In this document: positions 11,906 to 23,584 of the stretch, piece after piece
Position numbering within the stretch: the stretch's first letter is position 1
How the letters are laid out: each line of letters begins with the position of its first letter
Assembly: GCA_038087875.1 (NCBI GenBank)
Contig: CM075997.1
Location: 4,962,001-5,026,000, forward strand
Reading direction: 5' to 3'
DNA length: 64,000 nt
Origin: Malacoraja senta
Lineage: Eukaryota
Position numbers and translations under genes: made by a program
The notes under the pieces: generated by a model
What the model saw: the letters and a program-made list of their open reading frames with translations, nothing else
Database searches by the model: none
Told to the model about the DNA's origin: nothing

Positions 11906-12859
11906 GACGGGCCACACAGGGGCCGGAGGACGCACCACCGGGAACAAGGGCCATGGAAGGATTTGAACATGGTGACGAGAATTCTCAAACCACAGAGAAC
12001 AGGGTCAAACCCAGATCTCATTAAAATGCCACAAAGTACGACACATAACAGCGGCTCCGGCATGCCTGCAGTTTTTATTTCCAAGAAAGCAGTGGGCTGG
12101 TGGGGGGTAGAAAGAAAGATCTAATTAGACGAGTGTGCCTCTCCATCAAAGATAATTGCAGTCTGCATGAGTTGTAAAGGCACCAATTTCCCCCGTCAAA
12201 CCCCTCCATTTCAAGGCATCAGCCAGGAAACAAATCGCAGGCCCATTAGGCAGAAGAGAGAGACACTGTCAGGAACTCGAGACCGTCTTTGAAAAGAAAG
12301 ATCATTCAATTAGCAAGTGTGAACAATCTGGGCGTGATCACCCATTCTCTCCACTTGACTGGATAATTGCCCTACCCGACGCTCTGTAATTTCCTTCAAC
12401 CTTCTATGAGATGGCTACAGGTGCGACAAATGGGGATGATTTTCACGCCCTCCGAGCGATTGGGAAGTCTGCAGGAATTGTGGGATCTCCTGGGATTCGT
12501 ATCGGCATCTTCCCGTCCTGAGCGCGGGATTTCGACCGGGCTCCTCGGCAACCTCGCCCCCCCGATGTTGTCGTCATCTCCAATCCCACACTCCAATTAA
12601 CATGGAAATCTTTAATTGAGCTTTAGCTGCGCTGCTTCCTGAATGTGTCAGCCCTCCCGGCCCAAGGATGAGGAATCTCGGCGAGTTCGCTGCTTCCGAG
12701 AGAGTCCGCGGCGGAACAATTAGCCGCGCATCGCCTGGTGGCTTCTGCCCGCCGAGAGGAGTTCAGGACAAGTTCACGGTTCCATCCCATAAGCCGGTCC
12801 GCATCTTTGTCTGTGGTATCGGTCTTTAAACGTGGCCAATAACCCTTCCATCCACTTCG

Positions 12860-13520
12860 GTTCAGTTCAGTTCAGTTCATTGTCACGTCTACCGAGGTAG
12901 ACAATAGACAATAGACAATAGACGCAGGAGTAGGACATTCAGTCCTTCGAGCCAGCACCGCCATTCAATGTGATCACGGCTGATCATCCCCAATCAGTAC
13001 CCCTTTCCTGCCTTCTCCCCATATCCCCATGACTCCGCTATCTTTAAGAGCCCTATCTAGCTCTCTCTTGAAAGTATCCAGAGAACCGGCCTCCACCGCC
13101 CTCTGAGGCAGAGAATTCCACAGACTCACAACTCTCTGTGAGAAAAAGTGTTACCTCGTCTCCGTTCTAAATGGCTTACCCCTTATTCTTAAACTGTGGC
13201 CCCTGGTTCTGGACTCCCCCAACATCGGGAACATGTTTCCTGCCTCTAGCATGTCCAAACCCTTAACAACAGTGAAAAGCTTTTGTTGCGTGCTAACCAG
13301 TCAGTGGAGAGACAATATATAATTACAATCGAGCCAATGCAGTGTGTAGATACATAAGGGAATAACGTTTAGTGCAAGGTAAAGCCAGTAAAGTCCAATC
13401 AAAGATAGTCCAATGGTCACCAATGAGGTAGATAGTAGTTCAGGACTGCTCTCTGGTTGTGGTAGGATGGTTCAGTTGCCTGACCCCAAACAGAGAGCTG
13501 TGCTGAACTACTAACTGCCT
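12860..13520 (-). mobile_element. Rex-like LINE 3' end with nested CR1 (12898-13268, minus)
   Basis: (GTTCA)n tail; ACCGAGGTA|CAGTGAAAAGC junction rejoins across the CR1; same family as 62830-63150. Confidence 0.8.
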
Positions 13521-13711
13521 CCCAAATGGGGAAAATCAAAAAAGACTGCAGATGCTGGAATCTTGAAGAAAAGAAAACCGCTGGAAACACTCAACGGGCC
13601 AGGCAGCATCTGTGGAGGAGATAGACACAAAGCCGGAGTAACTCAGCGGGTCAGGCAACATCTCTGGAGTAAAGGAATAGGTGACGTTAACCGATTAACC
13701 GATAAAGCTGT

Positions 13712-14350
13712 ATAATAATCATTTTATTTACTGGCGCCTTTCTAAAACCCAAGGACACCTTACAATGCATAGAATCACAAAAAAAATACAAAACACATAA
13801 TCGGAATAAATTAAATATAAAAACACCACAGTACACAAATCAAGGACAGAATTCAATTTCAAGAGCACCAAAAGAAAATAAGAAACACAATTTGAGGAGA
13901 GAGCAGCGGCGACCAATTCGCGCCAGCGTCCACTCTCCCCTCCGACCGCCATCTTGTACACGGACTAACAGGCACAGCACACAAAATCATCCCCCCACAA
14001 TGACCACCACTGTGGGGGAAGGCACAATGTCCAGTCCCCAACCCAGTTCTCCCCAGAGTCAGGCCCATCGAGGCCACCACAGTTGCCTCTACGGAGGCCC
14101 AATGTTCCTGGCCGTCGGGAGAGTCATCAGTGCGGTTGGAACGGCCGGTTTCCCGATGGAGTCGATGGCACCTGAAGCCGACAGGGCCGCGCCGATTTGG
14201 AGCCACGAGGCTCCCGATGTTGGAGTCGGCGCCGCCGCCCGCAGCTGGTCGCTCCGCAGTCCCGCAGCCCGGAGGTGTTGGTGTCGGCGGTCAGCGCATA
14301 CCGGAGCTCCAGCGCGTCGTTCCAGCGCGGCGACCCAGGCAAGGCATCGC
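13712..14350 (-). mobile_element. GC-rich non-coding element with L2-like 3' end
   Basis: Minus strand ends TGTAAGGTGTCCTTGGGTTTTAGAAAGGCGCC..AATAAAATGATTATTAT; CpG-rich body; no RT motif. Confidence 0.5.
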
Positions 14351-14835
14351 CCTGTATGTCTTTGGAGTGTGGGAGGAAACCGAAGATCTCGGAGAAAACA
14401 CACGCAGGTCATGGGGAGAACGTACAAACTCCGTGCAGGCAAGCACCCGTAGTCAGTGTTGAACCTGGGTCTCTGGCGCTTTAAGGCTGTAGCCTGGCAG
14501 TGGACAGTAAAGTGAACATTGCCTCCAGAAATCCTCATTAATTTGGGTTGTCTGTGATCATGGGTGATGTATTTCTGACAGACCGTCTTAGACCTGAAGT
14601 GCAAACCCATACTTCTCTCTCCACAGATGCTGCCTCGCCTGCTAGTTGTTTCTGCCTATTCTGGATTGGATCTGAACAAGATCAATAAAGGCAGCAGAGC
14701 GCTGCAGCGGGTGGAGCTGCTTCCTCGCTGCGCGAGAGGTCCAGGTCCTGTCCTGTCCTCGGGTGCTGTAGGAATGAAGTTTGCACGTTCTCCCTGTGAC
14801 TGCGTGGGTTTCCTCCGGGTGCTCCGGATTCCTCC

Positions 14836-15176
14836 CACATGTTCCCGACGTTGGGGGAGTCCAGAACCAGGGGCCACAGTTTAAGAATAAGGGGTAAGCC
14901 ATTTAGAAAGGAGACGAGGAAACACTTTTTCTCACAGAGAGTGGTGAGTCCGTGGAATTCTCTGCCTCAGAGGGCGGTGGAGGCCGGTTCTCTGGATACT
15001 TTCAAGAGAGAGCTAGATAGGGCTCTTAAAGATAGCGGGGTCAGGGGATATGGGGAGAAGGCAGGAACGGGGTACTGAGTGGGGATGATCAGCCATGATC
15101 ACGTTGAATGGCGGTGCTGGCTTGAAGGGCTGAATGGCCTACTCCTGCACCTATTGTCTATTGTCTAATGTCTATC
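14836..15176 (+). mobile_element. CR1 3' end inserted into an older V-SINE (~14690-15215)
   Basis: SINE core CCTCCCACA|TCCCAAAGACGTGCAGG resumes after the CR1 tail. Confidence 0.88.
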
Positions 15177-15233
15177 CCAAAGACGTGCAGGTTTGTAGGT
15201 TATCTGTAAATTGTCCCAGCAACTATTTTCTAT

Positions 15234-15899
15234 CCCTTGTCAATTCTTCCCTTCCCTCCCATACCACCCCCTCCCCTGGTACTTTCCCTTGCCACCGCAA
15301 GAGATGCAACACTTGTCCCTTCACCTCCCCCCTCGACTCCATTCAAGGACCCAAGCAGTCGTTCCAGGTGCGACAGAGGTTCACCTGCATCTCCTCCAAC
15401 CTCATCTATTGCATCCGCTGCTCTAGATGCCAGCTGATCTACATCGGTGAGACCAAGCGGAGGCTTGGCGATCGTTTCGCCGAACACCTCCGGTCGGTCC
15501 GCAATAACCAACTTGACCTCCCGGTGGCTCAGCACTTCAACTCCCCCTCCCATTCCGCATCTGACCTCTCTGTCCTGGGTCTCCTCCATGGCCACAGCGA
15601 GCAACACTGGAAATTGGAGGAAATGCACCTCATATTCCGCTTGGGCAGTCTGCACCCTAGCGGCATAAACATTGAGTTCTCCCAATTCTGCGAGCCCTTG
15701 CTGTCCCCTCCCCTTCATCAGCCCTCTGGTTGTCTCCTCCCCTCCCCCAGCCCTCAGGCTCCTCCTCCGCCTTTTTCCTTTTTTGCTTTCTTCTCCCCAC
15801 CCGCTATCAGTCTGAAGAAGGGTTTCGGCCTGAAACGTTGCCTATTTCCTTCGCTCCATAGATGCTGCTGCACCCGCTGAGTTTCTCCAGCATTTTTGT
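15234..15899 (+). mobile_element. Penelope-like element, 5'-truncated (Cys linker, GIY-YIG, pLTR)
   Basis: CHRKRCNTC..SSNLIYCIRCSRCQLIYIGETKRRLGDRFAEH; 15-bp TSD GCA(A/C)CTATTTTCTAT at 15219-15233 and 15900-15914. Confidence 0.92.
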
Positions 15900-16064
15900 G
15901 CACCTATTTTCTATGTTTCTCTGTTCCTATGTTTCTATAGTAATCAGGAGTTATTGCCACCATGCTATATTAGATCATCGTTATTATTTATGGGTTGAAT
16001 GGTTGTTTGCTGGAGGTTAGTCACACGATGTTTTGTTGGAGGAAGGGATTTATGGTGGGGGGTT

Positions 16065-16642
16065 TTAATATCATGAGAGGAATAGATCGGGTAGATGCAC
16101 AGAGACTCTTGCCCAGAGCAGGTGAATCGAGGACCAGAGGACATAGGTTTAAGGTGAAGGGGAAAAGATTTAATAGGAATCTGAGGGGTGTAGCAGCGCC
16201 TGCTAGCGCACGCAGATATCGAACCCGGCGTCACATGACTCGGGAGGGGCTGTTGTTTTCGCGCGGTTTTTCCCTTGCGTGTGTTAGTTCAGCGCTGACC
16301 ACCGATGTGGCCAGACGTGTCTGTTAAACCTGTATGCTGCAACTTGAGCTTTCGAATAAAGTATTGTTGAAAACTCCAGGAGTCGTTTATCAGACCACTA
16401 AAGGGGTAACGTTTTCACACAAAGGGTGGTGGGTGCATGGAACGAGCTGCCGGAGGAGGTAGTTGAGGCTGGGACTATCCCAACATTTAAGAAACAGTTA
16501 GACAGGTACATGGATAGGACGGGTTTGGAGGGATATGGACCAAACGCAGGCAGGTGGGACTAGTGTAGCTGGGACATGTTGGCCGGTGTGGGCAAGTTGG
16601 GCCGAAGGGCCTGTTTCCACACTGTATCACTCTATGACTCTA
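16065..16642 (+). mobile_element. CR1 3' end (TCTATGAC-tail subfamily) interrupted by a solo LTR
   Basis: IMRGIDRVDAQ..RTRGHRFKVKGKRFNRNLRG|NVFTQRVVG. Confidence 0.88.
16189..16401 (+). mobile_element. Solo LTR (~213 bp), superfamily uncertain
   Basis: Starts TGTAG, ends CACTAA (degenerate CTACA); AATAAA ~45 bp before the end; 5-bp TSD AGGGG at 16184-16188 and 16402-16406 inside a CR1. Confidence 0.75.
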
Positions 16643-16987
16643 TTGGGCTGAAGAAAATTCAAGAGAGAACAGCATACTCAGGCACAGGCAGACTGAGTGG
16701 AATTAAATTGTTTAATTTCTCTTTAATGTCACCTTATCTCGTTGATTTAGGATTAATTTAAAATTATAAACCTGTAACGATCATTTGAACACTTTCATTC
16801 CAGAAGAGGATAATTATTTTTTAATGCAGAGAGCTGTAATGTCTTTGGAATGTGTAGCCTGATGGGGGAGTGGAGTAGAGGAGTCAGCGCAATTTACAGG
16901 GGCAGCGGGAGGCTGTTTGGCCCATTGTCTCCGTGCTAGCCCAAGTAGCTACTCAGACCAATTCCGCTTCTCAGCGCTCCGATTTTG

Positions 16988-17255
16988 GCGCAGCAGTAGA
17001 GTTGCAGGGTTCGATCGTGATCACGGGCGCTGTCTGTACGGAGTTTGCATGTTCTTCCCTGGGTTTTCTCCCAGATCTCCGGTTTCATCCCACACTCCAA
17101 AGACGTACAGGTTTGTAGGCTAATTGGCTTACTGTAAATGTAAAATTGTCCCTAGTGTGTGTAGGATAGTGTTAATGTGCAGGGATCGCTGGTCGGTGGG
17201 GACTCTGTGGGTTGAAAGTCCTGTTTCCGCGCTGTATCTCTAAACTAAACGAAAA
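16988..17255 (+). mobile_element. V-type SINE, partly deleted
   Basis: GGTTCGATC B box, V core, TAAAC tail. Confidence 0.85.
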
Positions 17256-18089
17256 CTGAAGAAGGGGCTCGACCCGAAACATCACCCATTCCTTCTCTCC
17301 AGAGATGTTGCCTGTCCCGCTGAGTTACTCCAGCATTTTGTGTCTATCTTCAGTGTGGACCAGCATCTGCAGTTGCATCCCATACATAAAACTAAACTTA
17401 CTTGAAATTAGTGGAATCAATGTTCATACTGAAGATAGACACAAAAAGCTGGAGTAACTCAGCGGGCAGGCAGCATCACTGGAGAGAAGGGATGGGTGAC
17501 GTTTTGGGTCGAGGCCCTTCCTCAGACTGAAGGGCCTCCAATGTGGTAGGTAGTTGGTCAGGATGGCTCTGTGGTTGTGGTAGGATGGTTCAGTTGCCTG
17601 ATAACAGCTGGGAAGAAACTGCTCCTGAATCTGGAGGTGTGCGTTTTCACACTTCTATACCGCTGAGGTCTAAGCTACCCAAGCGAAATATGAGATGCTG
17701 TTCCTCCAATTTGCGCTGGGCCTCACTCTGACAGTGGAGGAGGCCCAGGACAGAAAGGTCAGTGTGGGAATGGGAAGGGGAGTTAAAATATTTGGTGACA
17801 TTTACACTGACTGGGCAGCATGCAACAATAAAGCTTTTTACTGTACCTCGGTGCACGACACAATAGTATACGAAACTAAACTAAATCTTAATAATTCTTT
17901 AATCCCGGAGAGGTAGCTGTTGAGAATATTTTCCCTCACGTTATGCAGTCACTGGAGCTCTGCAATGTCCCACCCGGGACGATGAATGGAGTATATCCCC
18001 TCACTCCCTTTATTACATCTGTTAACGAACACTTACTGTGGACAAAGAGCTGGAAAGCTGCACTAGGCTGGGTTATCCTTTTCATGCTC

Positions 18090-19080
18090 ATAAATTCACA
18101 AGTGATAGGAGCAGAATTAGGCCATTCGGCCCATCAAGTCTACCGAAACAAACCGGAATGCTATCTCTCCCTCCCTCCTAACCCCATTCTCCGACCTTCT
18201 TCCCATAACCCCTGACACTCGTACTGATCAAGAATCTATCTACATATCTCTGCCTTAAAAATATCCATTGACGTGGCCTCCACGGCCGTCTGTGGCAATG
18301 AGTCCCGTTGAGCCGTGCCAGCCCAATCCGCCCGCCGACCGGATCGCACCCCAGTTGGCCCGACTCGCCGGAGAAGCCGGGCGGCGAGGACTGTTTGGGC
18401 CGAAGGAGCGGCGGCAGCGATGGGAGCCTCGGCGGCAGGGTGAGCCTCGACGGCAACGTGAGCCTCGGTGGCAGCGTGAGCCTCGACGGCGGCGGGGCCT
18501 CGGACGCAACGGGAGCCTCGGTGGCCGGCGGTGGGGTGGCCTCGCGATCGACCCGCGACCATCGGTCGATGAGCGTGAGGGGGGGAGGGGAAGAACAATG
18601 GGGACCCGGCGTGGGGGGGACTGCCGTGAGGGACGGTGGGAGAATAAAGGGGCTCCCGGTGTGGGGGACGGGAAGGGCGGGCACCCTAGTTTAGAATCCT
18701 CTACCCAGGGGATAAGTCTGTGTTTGTTTGTTTGTTCATTCCTTCCGGTTTGTTCCGGTGAAGGAGCTGTGTATACGGCAGCCAGCCAACAGTCGCTTGT
18801 CTTATTCTTTTTGTTTTGACTTTTAATTTCAAGTTTACGTGCACCTTGTGTGTTGTGACTGTTTGGCAGACGCATTTCCCTCTGGGGATGGATAAAGTGT
18901 TATCGTATTGTATCGTATCATACCGTATGAATCCTACAGATTCACCACCCACTGACTAAAGAAATTCCCCCTGATCTCCTTCCTAAAGGGTACATCCTAT
19001 TATACTGAGGTTGTGACCTCTGGTCCGAGACTCTCCCACTAGTGGAATCATCCTCCACACATCCACTCCATCCAGGCTTT
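18090..19080 (-). mobile_element. CR1 3' end interrupted by a 625-bp insertion
   Basis: CTGTGGCAATGA|ATCCTACAGATTCACC rejoins across the insertion. Confidence 0.82.
18302..18926 (+). mobile_element. GC-rich non-autonomous retroelement with 18-bp internal tandem repeats and Rex-like tail
   Basis: ATGA TSD (18298-18301, 18927-18930); GAGCCTCGRYGGCA units at ~18424-18525; CATTTCCCTCTGGGGATG stem-loop then (TATCG)n tail. Confidence 0.7.
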
Positions 19081-19580
19081 TCCAGCTAGCACAGAAGCAA
19101 TGGGCAGAATGGCCTCCTTCTGTGCTGCAAATGTCTGTGACTCGGGCAGCACCGTCACCCATGCCCACTTCTTGCCAACCCGCTGCTCTGCCAGCAATTA
19201 AATAAATGGCACGGCGCCCATTGACGAACTGAAGCTCGAAGAGTTCGGGTAAAGTTTATAACCTTGAATGGTCCAGGGAAGCATTTGTCATAATAACAAT
19301 GAATTATCCACTGAATTAATCGCGGTGCGTTTGTTTAAGGTGGCGTCGTTCTGGCAACGTTGTGAGTCTGTGGCTGGAGCAGTGTAATTGGTCAGCAAGG
19401 TCTCTGTTAGCTGGTTAACCAGTCTGAGTGACGTGGGCCTAGTGTGTAGATACTCACCTGCAGTATTAATGTTCTATGTTCAAAGGCCAAACACAGGGAG
19501 GGGGGGGGGGTGGGGGAGGGGGTGGGGGGGGGGAGGTGTTCAGAACATGGTTTCGCACAGAGTGAGTAACAAACCTAACT

Positions 19581-19795
19581 GGGCGGCTGGGTGGCGCAGC
19601 GGTAGAGTTGCTGCCTCACAGCGCCAGAGACCCGGGTTCCATCCCGACTACGGGTGCTGCCTGTACGGATTTTGCACGTTCTCCCCGTGACCCGCGTGGG
19701 TTTTATCCGGGATCTCCGGTTTCCTCCCACACTCCAAAGACGTACAGTTATGTAGGTTTATTGGCTTGGTGTATGGTGTAAATTGTCCCTAGTGT
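19581..19795 (+). mobile_element. V-type SINE lacking its tail; an inverted SINE tail follows at ~19796-19890
   Basis: A and B boxes, V core. Confidence 0.85.
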
Positions 19796-20235
19796 TTTAG
19801 TTTTAGTTTAGTTCAGAGATACAGCATGGAAACAGGCCCTTCGGCCCACCGAGTCCGTGCCGACAAGCAATCACCCATTCACACACTAGTTTAGTTTTTA
19901 GAGATACATTATCCTATCTGTGGATCCTGTTAGTGTTTTGTGGGGATCGCAGCTCGGCGCGGACACGGTGGGCAGAGGGCCTGTTTCCGCTCTGTGATGT
20001 TTCGGGTCGGGACCTTTCTTCAAGGTGATTGTGGTGGGGGAAGGGAGGAGGATGAAAGCTGGATGAGCGGAGGGGCAGGAAGAAGCCTGGTGAGTGATAG
20101 GTGGATACAGGTTGGGGGGGGTTGGTCTGAAGAAGGTTTCTGACCTGAAACATCACCTATCCATGTTCTCCAGAGATGCTGCCTGACCCTCTGAGTTACT
20201 CCAGCGCTTTGTGTACTGATCTTGTGGACCTTGTT

Positions 20236-20553
20236 CGTTGTCCCACGGTACAAGTTCATTCCAAGAGCTCTCCCGAGTTTAAAAAAAATCAAACTCGTGG
20301 TAAGCACGGAGAATGAACGTAGCGGGTACGTCGGAGCTCGGGGACGTCTCTTAGCGCTAACGGCAGGTACTCGGGAAGACTCGCTAACGGCAGGTAAGCA
20401 CGGGAAGACTCGTGAAGATTTTCTCAACATGATGAAAAATGTCCACGAGAGCCCCGAGTACCGACGAGCGGCCATTACCGTAAATCTCTGAGTTCAAATC
20501 GGGGCAAACTCGGGAGAGCTCTTGGAATGAACTCGTACTGTGGGACAGGGGTT
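20236..20553. mobile_element. Harbinger-type MITE family B, second copy (left terminus eroded)
   Basis: Interior shared with 8004-8297; TGTCCCAC..GTGGGACA inverted arms of about 45 bp. Confidence 0.8.
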
Positions 20554-20934
20554 TTAGTGGTGACATTTTGTGTTTTATCTCAGGAAATCACATTGTTGCG
20601 AGTTGGGGTTGGGTTTTTTTTCGAACAGAATAAAAAATAAAAAGCAAGTATGAAACAGCATACAAAAAAACCAAAACAAGAATATTTATAAAGTGTCATA
20701 AACAACATTTATAAATAAATGAATCGTATGTGTCTGAAAAGGAGCAGGAAGAAGCCAAAGCTTCTTGATTCCCACCCCTTATTCAACGGCTTATAATTAT
20801 CTTATACAAATTTAGCAGCTATAAACACCTATTTCCATATGTACACCAAATTATTTACATATATACACTAATCAAATATTTACAAAGCCATACAAAAAAA
20901 GAGAGAGACGAAAAAAAAAAAAAAAAAAAAAAAA

Positions 20935-21335
20935 AGCAGATGCTGGGAAAAATCTAAGGTAGACAACAATGCTGGAGAAACTCAGCGGGTGAGGCAGCAT
21001 CTATGGAGCGAAGGAATAGGTGACGTTTCGGGTCAAGACCCTTCTTCAGACTGATGTGGGGGTGTGGGGGGGGCAGGAAGAAGAAAGGAAGAGGCGGAGA
21101 CAGTAGGCTGTGGGAGAGCTGGGAAGGGGAGGGGGAAGGAGGGAGAAAGCAGGGACTACCTGAAATTGGAGGTCAATGTTCATACCGCTGGGGTGTAAAC
21201 TACCCAAACGAAATATGAGGTGCTGCTCCTCCAATTTGCAGTGGGACTCACTGGCCATGGAGGAGGCCCAGGACAGAAAAGTCGGATACGGAATGGGAGG
21301 GGGAGTTGAAGTGCTGAGCCACGGGGAGATCAGGG
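20935..21335 (-). mobile_element. PLE 3' fragment plus pLTR
   Basis: KLEEQHLIFRLGSLHPSGMNI; hammerhead-bearing pLTR. Confidence 0.85.
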
Positions 21336-21407
21336 AGTTGTTGGGAGCATCAGTGATCAAATTCTGTAAGTGGTACATTTGCTCTTTAAGCAACAACCTC
21401 AAACAAA

Positions 21408-22205
21408 GCTTGCCATTGTATAACACGTTGGTGAGGCCACATTTAGAGTATGTGTTCAGTTTTGGTCACCATGTTATATGAAAGATGTTGTCAAGCTGGA
21501 AATGGTACAAAGAAGATAGACACAAAAATCAGGAGTTACTCAGCGGGACAGGCAGCATCTCTGGAGAGAAGGAATGGGTGACGTTCTGGGTCGAGACCCT
21601 TCTACAGACCAGGCTGACGAAGGGTCGCGACCCGAAACATCACCCATTCCTTCTCTCCAGAGATGCTGCCTGAGTTCCTCCAGCTTTTTGAGTCTATCTT
21701 CGGTTTAAATCAGCATCTGCAGTTCCTTGCTACACAATTGTACAAAGAAGATTTACAAGGATGTTGCCAGGACTCGAGGGTCTGAGCTACAAGGAGAGGT
21801 TGCGCACTCTATTCCGTGGAGTGCAGGAGGATGAGAGGCGATCTTATAGAGGAGTACAAAGTCTTGAGAGGAATAGATCGGGTAGTCTCTTGTCCAGAGT
21901 AGGGGAATCGAGGACCTGAGGACATAGGTTCAAGGTGAAGGGGGAAAAGATCTAATAGAAACCCAAGGGGTGACTTTTACACAAAAAGTGTGGTGGGTGT
22001 ACGGAACAAGCTGACGGAGGAGGTAGTTGAGGCTGGGACTATCGCAACGTTTAAGAAGCAGTTAGACAGGTACATGGATAGGACAGGTTTGGAGCAATAT
22101 GTGCCAAACACAGGCAGGTGGGACTAGTATAGATGGTGCGTGTTGGTTGGCATGGGTAAGTTGGGCCGAAGGGCCTGATTGTGGTGCTGTGTGACTCTAT
22201 GACAC
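21408..22205 (+). mobile_element. CR1 3' portion with a nested fold-back pLTR element (21518-21739)
   Basis: LYNTLVRPHLEY..; 13-bp TSD GTACAAAGAAGAT at 21505-21517 and 21740-21752. Confidence 0.85.
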
Positions 22206-22485
22206 TATTACAATTCTTATCATGTATTGTCTTTCCGCTGACTGGCTAGCACGCAAGAAAAGCTTTTCACTGTACCTCGGTACACGTGACAATAAACTAG
22301 ACTGAAGAGACTCTAAAAAGGAACAACGTTTAGCACATGTTTAACAAGGAACTGCAGATGCTGGAAAATCGAAGGTAGACAAAAATGCTGGAGAAACTCA
22401 GCGGGTGAGGCAGCATCTATGGAGCGAAGGAAATGGGCAACGTTTCGGGTCGAAACCCTTCTTCAGTTTAGCACATATCATCTCA

Positions 22486-22778
22486 GTGGCAACACAGCGG
22501 TAGAGATGCTGCCTTACAGCGCCAGAGACCCAGGTTCGATCCTGACCACGCGTGCCGTCTGTACGGAGTTTGTACGTTCTCCCCGTGACCACGTGGGTTT
22601 TCTCCAGGTGCTTCGGTCTCCAAAGACGTACAAGTTCGTAGGTGAATTGGCTTCGGTGATATTGTAAATTGTCCCTAGTGTGTGTCGGACTAGTGCTAGT
22701 GCACGGGGTGATCACTGGTCGGCACGGACCCGGTGGGCCGAAGGGCCTGTTTCTTGCGCTGTACCTCTAAACCCTAAA
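22486..22778 (+). mobile_element. V-type SINE
   Basis: B box GGTTCGATCC, V core, CR1-like tail. Confidence 0.85.
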
Positions 22779-23024
22779 CATTGAGAGTGGACCCCACCCC
22801 CATCAGCTCAGAGTCTTGAACAGAAATCTTTACCCTCCACCCATTTATTCTTGCGCTGAGTTTTGACGAGTTAATTCCGTTTTCAATTTGCTTTTCAGGA
22901 CTTTAATGACAGGGTCATGATGCCGCAAAGTGGTGCCTGCCTTTCATGTAATCACGGAAGCTAAGTGAGTGGAAAATTTTATCACTTACCAGCAAATAAT
23001 GTTGTTCATGTAGATTATCAACCA

Positions 23025-23240
23025 ACAATAACAACTTCCATTTATGGAGCACTCTTCACGGAGGAAAATAATTCCAAGCCGTTTTACAAAAGAGTTCTCA
23101 GAAGAGGAATAAAAGGACAGACCGTCAAACTGTTCATTTTTACGGAGAGTCATAAAGAGAAAAAGAGCGAGGTAGGTTGATGGTGTTATTTCCAGCGCTT
23201 AGGGACCTGCTGGCTTAAGATGCATCTGCCAGCGTTAGAA
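23025..23240 (-). mobile_element. Ancient L2-like 3' remnant
   Basis: CAACAATAACAACTTCCATTTATGGAGCACTCTTCACG..TTCCAAGCCGTTTTACA resembles an L2-type tail (recognised by eye). Confidence 0.4.
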
Positions 23241-23246
23241 CTGTTA

Positions 23247-23581
23247 AGGGCCTGCCCCACTTTCAATAGACAATAGACAATAGACAATAGGTGCAGGAGT
23301 AGGCCATTCGGGCCTTCGAGTCAGCACCGCCATTCAATGTGATCATGGCTGATCAGGCTTTCATGACCTAATTCACGACCTTTTTTACTCGTGGACATTT
23401 TTCATCAGGTAGAAAAAACGCCCCGGCCTACTTGATGCCACGAGTACCTACGACTAGCATCACGGCCTGCTATGACCTACCTACGACCTCCTACGACCTC
23501 GTGACGGCCATGCTGCGAGTATGAGTCAAGGGCAAACGCGGCAGAGGTCGTGGATTAGGTCTTGAAAGTGGGACAGGCCCT
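23247..23581. mobile_element. Harbinger-type MITE family C with a nested 92-bp CR1 tail (23266-23357)
   Basis: TIR AGGGCCTGCCCCACTTTCA / TGAAAGTGGGACAGGCCCT; TTAA-containing flanks; CR1 flanked by CTTTCA duplication. Confidence 0.85.
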
Positions 23582-23584
23582 TAA

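Noticed and set aside
18178..18875. Pro/Arg-rich repeat protein (EPRRQR)n
   Set aside because: Open in several frames on both strands because of GC-rich 18-bp repeats inside a TSD-bounded insertion.
20597..20935. Processed pseudogene with poly(A)
   Set aside because: No coding remnant; A-rich throughout, more like the antisense of a T-rich L1-type 3'UTR, which I cannot confirm.
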